64,000 nucleotides of DNA from Promethearchaeota archaeon (GTDB lineage: Archaea > Asgardarchaeota > Heimdallarchaeia > Hodarchaeales > Hodarchaeaceae). Shown piece after piece: positions 51,401 to 60,292 of the stretch. Position numbers and translations under genes: made by a program. The DNA is taken from NCBI GenBank assembly GCA_048938105.1, contig JBHLMN010000012.1:64001-128000 (forward strand), read 5' to 3'. Position 1 is the first letter of the stretch, and every line of letters begins with the position of its first letter. Under the pieces are notes generated by a model. That model ran no database searches and was not told where the DNA came from. It was given only the letters and a program-made list of their open reading frames with translations.

Positions 51401-52341
51401 GGGACTGATGGATAACGTCCAGGGGTTTGCAGTTCATCCATATACTGATAACTTGATGGAGATCCCCATTCTAAATCCTTCGCATAATTTGCTACTACAA
51501 ATGCTGTGAAAACATCAACTAGATCCCAACTTGTATATCCAAGGCGGTCTAGCATTTGTTCAAAGATATAAAAGGCATCAGTACAGCCACCTGCTGCTTG
51601 AGCAGCTTCCCAGAAGTGATAAAGAGCATCCACTCCCCTACCAGGCTCTACTTGATATTGACCGAATTGTTCCGTCACATAATTCCAAAATAATGCTAAA
51701 TCGTATGCTCCATCTTGGAATAAATTCCTGATTGGATTCTCAAGATACCCTTGGACTTCCCCGTAATAATTCGCCCATCCAAAGGTGTCATCGGTATCAC
51801 AGATAGAATAGATTTTATCTTGTAACATTCTGGCCTGGCCTTCATAAACCCACGGTGGCCCAACGCTCCCAGGATACATGAACTGAATAACATGCAGATA
51901 TTCATGAACTGCAATAGCATACTGTTCAAAGATCGACGCACTTCGACCTAGATTGATGTCTGCTTCTCCGAGGAAGAATGGATCGAATTCCATTTGTCCA
52001 TGACCTGCCTGAATCCCCCCTCGGGCGTTAACTCCTCCCTGATCTTTAATCCCTATCCTTGTTCGTGAATTTCTCTCTGGGTTATCAAAATTCCATTGAA
52101 GGACCTTGTCTCGGACATCTTCGATAAGAGCTCCAAAAATCTCCACTTGACTGAGGGATACTTCGTGTATCGGAAATCCACTATCTAGTGGAATGTAGTG
52201 TATCTGAAAATGTCCTTGAGGCGTATAGTAAATTTCCCAGCTAGCTTCTCTACCCATTACTCCGCTAGCAGAGATAACAATTACCAGTAATATACCTATT
52301 ATAAGTTTGGATGGAAATCTCATATTGGAAACGGGCTTCAT
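48487..52341 (-). CDS. Surface zinc metalloprotease-vWA protein (HExxH peptidase + vWA + choice-of-anchor-X/CLCA-like beta domain + Ca-binding repeats + FN3 + TM)
   Basis: Signal peptide; HEYLH...WVYEG; IDRSGSM, GATSIGDGL, LTDG (MIDAS); LYDDGQHGDGLPDDGVY; DQDKDGLPDGWE; YYYRMVAVN; S/T linker + TM. Confidence 0.85.
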   Translation of the reverse strand: MKPVSNMRFPSKLIIGILLVIVISASGVMGREASWEIYYTPQGHFQIHYIPLDSGFPIHEVSLSQVEIFGALIEDVRDKVLQWNFDNPERNSRTRIGIKDQGGVNARGGIQAGHGQMEFDPFFLGEADINLGRSASIFEQYAIAVHEYLHVIQFMYPGSVGPPWVYEGQARMLQDKIYSICDTDDTFGWANYYGEVQGYLENPIRNLFQDGAYDLALFWNYVTEQFGQYQVEPGRGVDALYHFWEAAQAAGGCTDAFYIFEQMLDRLGYTSWDLVDVFTAFVVANYAKDLEWGSPSSYQYMDELQTPGRYPSVPLEINTILPYGGTESDIDMIPTPWSPKYYRVVPIVRGARSPIFVDVTQTTDEDLFIKLLIINNNNLVGHYTQRRTKHFSQTVMVKPGDELVLIVSTLEETNPDAVNYQYMFSSIGEGLSIDIQTPRSRFDNLEAYVGPPDDPGKLLIIIEVISNWHTVPNIDKDDVQVTIGGLDANVTSCTEVYGLYYLEVEAPVQPSFNVYDLTVTYGTAMDIEEEAVAYDIRTPDNMLVIDRSGSMMWNEKLDAALAAARLFVNSFYNRCQVGIVSFDDDATLHADLKPVEQSRDYLISQINSITPGGATSIGDGLYYAQNEIALYGNNTFLDDHIIILTDGVENAARYLADVAPLITNNYTQVHAILLGIDTQAADLQELAYMTRGSIHFAFDPASGTLASDLADIYRSIVEQTTKEQRVYSNLKELKGANWNIEESFNLDQAKKATVILNYKAETPFVGQPVVLQTPKGVNISTTFSTGVQEPTNYYGHYVWILDKPIAGEYKIIVEGGSEGIEYFVEASVEGPVSMNLYFPLPDRRSPKEPTLRVTGCEFPILATITDKAPISGASVSATVRTGTSYTDYASWNLKLYDDGQHGDGLPDDGVYGNWFTRTMNPGTYTVKIQATGHSSIVGDFTREVSRAFHLIPDDDQDKDGLPDGWELRYGMNTQTASGDDGAKGDQDLDGLENIDELVHGTSPICADTDRGGESDFSEIYAVRDPYYTEDDRLVPPNFLAIPGNQNITIRFQARPGVVEFKLYRADNINKPFVLINDSIDASTLEFIDTGLTNGEIYYYRMVAVNAAGAESGFSPIMSAMPNIDTIRPTAFVFINNGDQYTNNPTVTLTLITNETDISHMRVSQTSSFEGVSWVPFQSIIPFTLTGLGPQFVFVEFKDTLGNIGGDDRGVYAYDGIIIDPDYVPQSSSSIPSTSTIKSTSSTSSTADTTSWYFIDIIVLWVIVLLPLILVKKKQKTGQKHRPMK

Positions 52342-52453
52342 GGAAGTTCACCTAGATATCAGGAAAATAGGTATTATGTATTCTTGTTGATTTTAAGTTA
52401 TGCGCAATTTTTTGATTCTTCTGATAACATTTCTTCTATAATAGATGTGTAAT

Positions 52454-52603
52454 AACCAACGACTTGTTCCGATAAAAAGATTGATTTACGAATTCAGATT
52501 TCATTAGAAAAAGAAAAATTCCTTAAACAGGCCCAATTCAAAAATAATAAACAAAACGCAAGGCAATTCTGGAGTCTTTGAAATCAGAATTGGTCGAAAC
52601 TTA
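52454..52603. repeat. Direct-repeat partner of 47394-47539
   Basis: See partner; covers the 3' end of ORF 52504-52893 and ~50 nt downstream. Confidence 0.85.
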
Positions 52604-52893
52604 CCGATCCTCTTATCATTCCCCCCAAATATGAATCCTTCAATTGTTTTTGATAGATAAACCGAACTTCCACCCCGTTTATCTTCACAATAACCAATCC
52701 ACTTTTCAACTAATTCTGAATGACTTCCGATATATTCAATAAGGTGGTCGACTCTGATTTGATCTTCTAATTTCATTTTTTTGATATTTCGACTGATGGT
52801 TTGTCTATTACTTTCAGTAAAATATGTGGGGTAACCAAAATCTACAGGCACGTGGCAAATTGTCTTTATTATTTCTTCTTGATTCATAAACAT
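52504..52893 (-). CDS. Hypothetical protein
   Basis: 129-aa ORF whose 3' end has a decayed paralogous copy at ~47.4 kb. Confidence 0.65.
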   Translation of the reverse strand: MFMNQEEIIKTICHVPVDFGYPTYFTESNRQTISRNIKKMKLEDQIRVDHLIEYIGSHSELVEKWIGYCEDKRGGSSVYLSKTIEGFIFGGNDKRIGKFRPILISKTPELPCVLFIIFELGLFKEFFFF

Positions 52894-53495
52894 TCCTCGA
52901 AGATTCTTAGAGGAAATAAACCCATGGCATTATTCCTCGGATGAGAGTGTCTGTTCATTCATTCTGAGTCAATATAGGGATGCTCGATCAGGATTTCATT
53001 TATTCCATCTTTCATTCGATCATAAAAGTCTTTATTAACCCTTTTTAATAGATTTAATTGTGTTTGAAATAATAATCGTCGTGATATTTGAAAGACAAAA
53101 TTTTCTATAGGAAGACTGGATTTTTCCAAAAATCGATTCAAAAAATTATGTGTAGGTTTTATAGAGGTGATTCTAAAGATCTGGCCATGATCATGTTATT
53201 AGAAGAATGGGAAGAAAAACGGCCTATAAAATTCCTCGTAATTGACTATGAGTGGCTTAAAACTAAAAAATAAAACTATATTGGACGTATCTATGCGAAT
53301 AGCCTCCGTAATTACGCCCGATGGAGATGAAAATGACCTTAAAATCACCCCAAGAAATAAACTTGAATGAGAATATGGTACAAGTCATAAATGACTCAGA
53401 AAATTAAAAAAAACAACGAAAAAATAGAGTACCATAGATAACAGAGATCGAAATTTCATCAGGATGCTTGAAGGAACGAAAATAGAGGTTATAAG

Positions 53496-55502
53496 ATGAC
53501 TAGTGGTGGGTACGTTGGTGAAATATTAAAAGTAGACCTGTCCTTAAAAAAAGCTGTCCCTGTTGGACTAGATGCAAAAATTGTGCAGACATACTTAGGT
53601 GGTCTCGGTCTAGCTATGAAAATCCTTTATGACGAAGTCGGACCAGATGTGGATGCTCTCAGCCCTGACAATATAATAATAGCTGCTCCAGGACCACTAA
53701 GTGGTACCGCAACTCCAACAAATAGTAGGACTGAGGTAGTTACAAAGTCACCACTAACAGGGATTATTGGCGCGGGGAATTTTGGGGGCTGGTGGGGAGC
53801 TAGATTAAAGCTCGCTGGATTTGAAGGTGTTGTGATTAGAAAAAAGTCTGATAATCCCGTCTATCTCTGGATAGACGACGGTAAAGTTGAGATCAGGAAC
53901 GCAGAACACATCTGGGGTAAAGATACTAAAGAAACAGTAGATGCTCTCAGGGCAGAGTTAGGGGAAGATGTGAGTGTGCTTGCTATTGGTCCCGCTGGTG
54001 AAAATCTAGTTAGGTTTGCTTGTCCTGTGAGTGATTATTGGCATGCACCGGGTAGAGGGCATGCTGGATGTGTGATGGGTGCTAAGAAACTGAAGGCTAT
54101 AGCTGTACGTGGAACCAAAGAAGTGCCTATTGCTGATCCAGAGAAGTTCAAAGCAGCGGTAGCAGAGGCCACGGATAGAGTAACTAGTTATCCTGAGGGT
54201 AAGATAAGAAAAGATGTGAGAACTGGCTCGAACGCCAAAACAAAGCGTGCCGCGGAATTGGGAACGACTCCTGCAAAGAATTTCACAAGCACGATCGTTG
54301 AACCAGACAATGATATTTGGGGCCTTCCTGAGAGTGCGAGTAAACATCTAAGACGGAAACCTGGATATTATGGTTATCATTGTCCGATGTCTCAAGATTA
54401 TGGTTGTGACCTCATAACAAACGTCAAGACAGGCAAGTATGCTGGGCTTGAAGAAGGAGGAATATGCTATTCTTTTCCTTCATGGCAATGGGGAGCCAAT
54501 CTTGGAGTTAAGAGTTACCCAGCCATGTGGAAGTGCAGAGATCTTGCTAATCGATATGGCATGGATCAAGCGACACCGATTCCCTTTGCAATGGAGCTAT
54601 TTGAGAAAGGAATTATCACGAAAGAAGATACTGATGGGCTTGAATTAAAGTGGGGCGATGAGACGGTCATTCACGAGATGTTACATAGGATAGCTTACAG
54701 AGAGGGTTTAGGTGATGTTCTTGCCGAGGGAAGTGCAAGGGCAGCAAAGAAGATAGGGAAAGGCGCACAAAATTGTGAAATGACGGTCAAAGGCATGGAG
54801 ATTCTTCCAGGATGGGATCCGAGGGTATCACGAGGGCCTGTGTTGCTCGGAATTATGACTTGCCCCCGAGGTGGTGATGACCTCAAAACTACCCATACTG
54901 CACAACAAGAATCCTTTCCATATTGGGCGGGAATACTTGGTTGGAGTAAGGATGAGTATCGTAAATGGCTCCTTCATGATAGACTTGATATCTTTGAGGA
55001 TGTAAAACAAAAGATTTTCAGTGATCCATCAAGCCTTGATGTTCTCACTAATGAAGGAATCGCGGTTTTTGTAAAGTGGTATGGAGAACTAACCTCTATA
55101 TTTGATTCTCTAGGGTTATGTATGTTTGCAGGGAATGCCTATGATGCATTGGGCCCAACACATTTCGCGAAGCTATATTCAGCATGTACAGGGTGGCAAA
55201 TAACTCCGTATGAGTTGATGAAGACCGGAGAGAGGATCTTCAACTTAATGAGAGCATATATTGTTAGGGAAGGTCTCACAAGGAAAGACGATTGCCTTCC
55301 AGATAGGTTTTACAAAGAACCGATACAGGATGGCCCCAATAAAGGCGCAATACTTTCCAGGGACGAGACAAACAAACCACTCAACGAGTACTACAAAATC
55401 ATGGGATGGAATATTAGAACAGGAGTCCCCACTAAAGAAAAGTTAATCGAAATTGATTTGGATTATGTAGCCAATGAGCTTTCTGTTTTGGGTCTTATTT
55501 GA
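53496..55502 (+). CDS. aor: Tungsten-dependent aldehyde:ferredoxin oxidoreductase family protein (divergent)
   Basis: YLGGLGL, KSPLTG, IGPAGE, GRG.AG.VMGAKKLKAI, DSLGLC, GERI.NL.R, D.LPDRF, YY..MGW. Confidence 0.9.
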   Translation: MTSGGYVGEILKVDLSLKKAVPVGLDAKIVQTYLGGLGLAMKILYDEVGPDVDALSPDNIIIAAPGPLSGTATPTNSRTEVVTKSPLTGIIGAGNFGGWWGARLKLAGFEGVVIRKKSDNPVYLWIDDGKVEIRNAEHIWGKDTKETVDALRAELGEDVSVLAIGPAGENLVRFACPVSDYWHAPGRGHAGCVMGAKKLKAIAVRGTKEVPIADPEKFKAAVAEATDRVTSYPEGKIRKDVRTGSNAKTKRAAELGTTPAKNFTSTIVEPDNDIWGLPESASKHLRRKPGYYGYHCPMSQDYGCDLITNVKTGKYAGLEEGGICYSFPSWQWGANLGVKSYPAMWKCRDLANRYGMDQATPIPFAMELFEKGIITKEDTDGLELKWGDETVIHEMLHRIAYREGLGDVLAEGSARAAKKIGKGAQNCEMTVKGMEILPGWDPRVSRGPVLLGIMTCPRGGDDLKTTHTAQQESFPYWAGILGWSKDEYRKWLLHDRLDIFEDVKQKIFSDPSSLDVLTNEGIAVFVKWYGELTSIFDSLGLCMFAGNAYDALGPTHFAKLYSACTGWQITPYELMKTGERIFNLMRAYIVREGLTRKDDCLPDRFYKEPIQDGPNKGAILSRDETNKPLNEYYKIMGWNIRTGVPTKEKLIEIDLDYVANELSVLGLI

Positions 55503-56048
55503 GAAACACTTCACGTGATTGGTTTGATTGATGGGGGAAGATTGTATGAAATTCTTCGGATCACGAACAGTCTCATTTACCAAATTCAAATGTGTAGATG
55601 TTCCAGAAGGAAATATGAAAGGAGGAGGTGGAGGACCAACTTCTTGATATATAACGTTTTACATAAAAAACTAGTCTTATCCAACGATTAATGTCCAAAT
55701 ACTATGAAAAAAGCCCATTTATTGTCATAAATTAAAGAATTAATAAGATTCATATTTTCTATTTTTTTTCTATGAAGTGGATTAGGATTCCATGTACTTT
55801 CTTGTTCATAATTTTCTCTTTTTTTGGATCTTTGTTTGTTATTTGATCCTATATTCCATCTAACTAGCGTACATTTATCGATCTAGTTTTATTCACACAT
55901 ATGAACATTTTACAACTGGTTAAATCAGTAGACTGATAAATAAAATGCCAAAGTCTTTAGAACTGTCTTAAGATTTTCTATCAGAGAATATATCCCTGTG
56001 ATTCTTCGTAATGGAGTTTTTAGATACAATTAATTATCTGGTGATCAG

Positions 56049-59018
56049 ATGACCGATGTTGAAAAGTATTCCCACTATGGTTTAGGTCTAGATGAGGTAT
56101 TTGAGCGACAACAGCAATTTGGGAAAAATGTTCTTCCTCGAAGGAAAAAACGAGCCCCTTTATCCATTTTTTTTACCCAATTTAAAAATCCTTTAATCTA
56201 CATCATTACCGTCGCTGCACTGATCTCATTCATTCTGGAACAATATGAAGATACTTTGATCATTGGAGCAGTGATTCTTCTAGATACTGCAATTGGTTTT
56301 TTTCAGGAAAATAAAGCTGAAAATACCATGGAAACGTTACGAAATCTTTTGAAGCCTACAACTAGGGTTATTCGGGATGGTAAAATTGAGGAGGTTGAAA
56401 GTGTAGAGATTGTGCCTGATGATCTTGTCGTTATTCATCCTGGTGACAAAATCCCTGCTGATGGAACTATTATTGAAACCGTAAATTTATCATTGAATGA
56501 GGCAATACTTACAGGTGAGAGTGAACCAATTTTTAAGAATCTAATAGATGCCAACCGTGTTTTTATGGGTACTACGGTTTTAGCAGGGAGAGGAATAATG
56601 AGAGTTACTCAAACTGGAATAAGAACTGAGCTGGGAAAAATAGCTTCCTCTCTCTCTGAAATTGAGGACGAAGAAACCCCACTCCAGATGAAACTTGAAG
56701 AATTTGGTAAAACACTTACTATGTTGGTACTTGCCATTAGTATTGCTATCTTTTTCACCGGAATTCTTTTGAGGTACGATATATTAGAAATGACTAGAAT
56801 GGCTGTGGTTCTCGCCATTGCAGCGATCCCTGAAGGACTTATTATCGCTGTTACTATGATTCTAGCAATTGGAATGCGAAAAACTCTCCAACGAAATGGT
56901 TTGGTGAAAAACCTTCTTGCTGTTGAAACTCTTGGTTCTGTTACAACAATATGTACTGATAAAACAGGTACACTTACTGAGGGAAAAATGCAAGTTGTGA
57001 AAACTGATTTTCCTGATGAAAAGATGGCTATTAACATAATGGTGTTATGTAACAATCTAGAAGATTCTCTTGAAATCCAACTCTGGAATTATGTAAAAAA
57101 CATTGGTTTAGATCCTGAAGAACTTACCAGGTCCCATGCTAGGGTTTTTGAAATTCCCTTCTCTAGCGAAAACAAATATATGGTAACAACAAATACATTG
57201 GACGGTAAAGAGATCAATTTAATGAAAGGTGCACCAGATATTGTTATGAATATCTGTCGACTTGAACCAAACGAAAAAAAGAAAATAATGGCCCAAATAG
57301 ATGAATGGTCAGGTTCGGGTTTGAAATTATTAGGTCTGGCTGCTAAAACTGAAGGTGACCTTAAACAATTAAATGATTACACTTGGAAAGGTTTGATTGG
57401 TATAGAGGATCCAATAAGGAAATCAGTGATTGATGCTATTGCATTATGTCGCCGGGCGGGTGTTAAGGTGAAGATAATCACAGGAGATTATCGGAATACT
57501 GCGATTAATATCGCTGCGAAATTAGGTTTATTTGTTGGCTCCGATCAGATTCTAGAAGGAATGGATTTAGAGAAATTCTCTGATGACAAACTAGATGAGG
57601 CTGTTGACCAAACCATCATTTTTTGCCGTGTTTCCCCTTATGATAAATTAAGAATTATTTCTTCTCTTCAACGCCGAGGTGAGATCACTGCAATGATTGG
57701 CGACGGCGTTAATGATGCACCTGCTCTTCGCAAAGCTAATATTGGTGTATCAGTTGGTGGTGCTACTGATGTTGCTCAGGAAACAGCTTCTCTAATATTG
57801 TTAGATCATAACTTTAAGACACTAGTCGATGCTGTGGAGGAAGGCCGAACTGTTTTCGATAATATCAAGAAGGTTGTTGCATTTGTTTTATCAAATTCTT
57901 TTGCTGAAATATTCACCATCTTTGGAGCTTTTATATTAGGATGGCCATCTCCATTGAATATCGCTCAAATCCTTTGGATCCATTTAATCTGTGATGGTCC
58001 ATCTGATATAGCTCTTGGGTTTGAAAGAGCAGAAACAGGAATCATGGATGAACCTCCACGTAAAATAGAAGAAAATATTTTAGATTCTAAAGGGAAGCTC
58101 TTAATCGCTTCTATTAGTTCCTTTTCAGCAATCTTTTGCCTTCTAATTTTTGGGTATTTTCTTTCTATGGGAAATCCACGAATGGGCAGTACTATTGTCT
58201 TTGTTATCCTTGGGATTCAATCTTTGGTTTATATCTTCTCTTTTAGAAGCTTAAGGCGATCTATTTTTAAATCAGGTAACTTCTTAGAAAATAAGGTACT
58301 GTTATTTTCAGTTATTTTAGGAATGATTCAAATTATCCTAGGCCTGTATATCCCATTTTTTAGTGATCTGCTTCAGGTTGAACCTCTACCGTTCTGGGGC
58401 TGGGGAATAGTTCTCATTATTTCAATGATTATGGTTATTACTGTAGAATTGGTTAAATTTATTGATAGAAAGGAACATGAAACACCAGCTTATGAATTAA
58501 TTTTCTCAAAAATCCATCAAATAGAACAGAAACTATCCACTGTTCATAATCTCCATAATTTATCAGTTGATATCATGGAAGATAAAACCTTATTACAATT
58601 CCACTTTAAAATCCCAGCTGAAACGACTTTAGAGGTAGCTCATGCAGTATCCAAAAGTCTAGAGGAACAGATCGCAGAGCAATTTCCCAGTTCATTAAGA
58701 GATCGTCTGAAAATCATCAGTCACATTGAACCTGCATATCTTCCAACGAAGAAAGTACATTACCATCCTCTGCCATCGATTACAGCGGAAATTCTAGAGA
58801 AAATCCAATATGCAGCTGATCAGATTCCCCAAATCAAGAAATGGCATCATGAAACAATTTTATTCGAGAAAGATATCATCTCGTTATCTTTGACTATCTA
58901 TTTATCAGGTAAAATGAATATTGTATCTGTTCATAACATTAATGATGAACTAGAATCAATGTTAAAGACTAGTATTCCCACTCTTAAACGATGTATTATA
59001 CATTCAGAACCTGTTTAA
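56049..59018 (+). CDS. Type IIA-like P-type cation ATPase with C-terminal tandem CDF dimerisation (ZT_dimer-like) domains
   Basis: LTGES, AIPEGL, DKTGTLT, KGAPD, TGD, GDGVNDAP; C-terminal HNLHN...LEVAH...SHIEP and WHH...VH...IHSEP. Confidence 0.88.
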   Translation: MTDVEKYSHYGLGLDEVFERQQQFGKNVLPRRKKRAPLSIFFTQFKNPLIYIITVAALISFILEQYEDTLIIGAVILLDTAIGFFQENKAENTMETLRNLLKPTTRVIRDGKIEEVESVEIVPDDLVVIHPGDKIPADGTIIETVNLSLNEAILTGESEPIFKNLIDANRVFMGTTVLAGRGIMRVTQTGIRTELGKIASSLSEIEDEETPLQMKLEEFGKTLTMLVLAISIAIFFTGILLRYDILEMTRMAVVLAIAAIPEGLIIAVTMILAIGMRKTLQRNGLVKNLLAVETLGSVTTICTDKTGTLTEGKMQVVKTDFPDEKMAINIMVLCNNLEDSLEIQLWNYVKNIGLDPEELTRSHARVFEIPFSSENKYMVTTNTLDGKEINLMKGAPDIVMNICRLEPNEKKKIMAQIDEWSGSGLKLLGLAAKTEGDLKQLNDYTWKGLIGIEDPIRKSVIDAIALCRRAGVKVKIITGDYRNTAINIAAKLGLFVGSDQILEGMDLEKFSDDKLDEAVDQTIIFCRVSPYDKLRIISSLQRRGEITAMIGDGVNDAPALRKANIGVSVGGATDVAQETASLILLDHNFKTLVDAVEEGRTVFDNIKKVVAFVLSNSFAEIFTIFGAFILGWPSPLNIAQILWIHLICDGPSDIALGFERAETGIMDEPPRKIEENILDSKGKLLIASISSFSAIFCLLIFGYFLSMGNPRMGSTIVFVILGIQSLVYIFSFRSLRRSIFKSGNFLENKVLLFSVILGMIQIILGLYIPFFSDLLQVEPLPFWGWGIVLIISMIMVITVELVKFIDRKEHETPAYELIFSKIHQIEQKLSTVHNLHNLSVDIMEDKTLLQFHFKIPAETTLEVAHAVSKSLEEQIAEQFPSSLRDRLKIISHIEPAYLPTKKVHYHPLPSITAEILEKIQYAADQIPQIKKWHHETILFEKDIISLSLTIYLSGKMNIVSVHNINDELESMLKTSIPTLKRCIIHSEPV

Positions 59019-59061
59019 TCTCTTTTCAAACCTTATAAAAAAATCCCTGAGGAGATCATCA

Positions 59062-59808
59062 ATGAATAACTACTATATGAAGAATAAACCAAAATTGATG
59101 AAGGCGTTCAAAAAATTGGTAGATAATCCCAAAATCGAAAGAAAAGTATTTTTACTCTATTTTGATAGACAACAGATTCAAGATCTGAGAAAGGATGTAC
59201 TTGAAGAGTTTGAAAGACTGATATCGCAGATTCCTTATGTTGGAGGGAAAAAAAACAAACGTATGACTGATTTCCTAATTCATACTGCATGGTCTTTAGC
59301 AATCTATCGAACCTTATTGAAGACAGGAATGGATGTTCGGCAAGTTGGACAGATTTTATATGAAATAAGTGAGGTATACTATGATACGCTAAACCCGATT
59401 GTGAAGAAGTTTGGTAAGTGGTATCACTATTCACGAATTGCTCGATATCTCCTTAAACGTAACAGTAAAAAGCGAAGTAAATGGAATTACCCTGGTGACT
59501 TCCAAGGCGAACTTGTTAAAGGGGATGGAAAGGATTTTACTATAGGATATAATTATACAGAGTGCGGAAATTATAAATTTCTGAAAGCACAAGGTGCTGA
59601 GGAACTAACCCCTTATTTATGTCTTACAGACTATGCTCTATATAGAGCATTTGGAATTGGATTTAAAAGAACGAAAACGATTGGAATGGGAGGGACTCAT
59701 TGTGATTTTCGTCTGATCAAGAATTATCAAACACCACGAGGATGGCCTCCAGAGAATGTGGACGATTTTAAGAATTACCTAAGACAGGAAAACATTAGTC
59801 ATAAATAA
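59062..59808 (+). CDS. L-2-amino-thiazoline-4-carboxylic acid hydrolase family protein
   Basis: YTECG, PYLC.TD, RTKTIGMGGTHCDFR. Confidence 0.85.
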   Translation: MNNYYMKNKPKLMKAFKKLVDNPKIERKVFLLYFDRQQIQDLRKDVLEEFERLISQIPYVGGKKNKRMTDFLIHTAWSLAIYRTLLKTGMDVRQVGQILYEISEVYYDTLNPIVKKFGKWYHYSRIARYLLKRNSKKRSKWNYPGDFQGELVKGDGKDFTIGYNYTECGNYKFLKAQGAEELTPYLCLTDYALYRAFGIGFKRTKTIGMGGTHCDFRLIKNYQTPRGWPPENVDDFKNYLRQENISHK

Positions 59809-59816
59809 AGTCATTT

Positions 59817-59933
59817 TTATATTAAAGAAAAGGAGAGGACAAGGAGTGGGGTCTCATCACTTATGCTTACTACATTGTACCATTTCCAACCCCCAGGTAC
59901 AGACACATAACCTTCTTCCGTTGAGATAGTCAT
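59817..59933 (-). pseudogene. N-terminal relic of proline iminopeptidase-type alpha/beta hydrolase
   Basis: MTISTEEGYVSVPGGWKWYNVVSISDETPLLVL then SFSLI*; the homology breaks where HGGPG would follow. Confidence 0.55.
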
Positions 59934-60292
59934 TTTATCAACTTCCAATTGTAATTAAATTGCTGTTAAGAATTGGATAGAAAAAAACTAAGTTTATGAA
60001 ATTTTAGGAACAAAACTACTTTTAACGAATGTTAAGTAACTAAAAATATCTCTTTTCTTTAATGCTGGTACCCTTTCTTATGCAAAATATTCGAAATTAG
60101 GGATTTCTTCAGTCAAAAAAGGAATGATAAAATCAATAATCTATGATTTAAGAATAACTCAAGAAGAATTTTTCAAGTTAATTTAAAGCAAATTTTCCAA
60201 GCTATTTTTTATGTAGGATTGGAATATACAAAATGCTTTATACTCTTCTAACCTGTTTCAGGGGAAAAAGTTATCCTTCATGAGGAATTATT

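Noticed and set aside
52959-53400. Short ORFs 52959-53141 and 53088-53273
   Set aside because: Probably decayed gene debris with multiple stops; no family recognisable.
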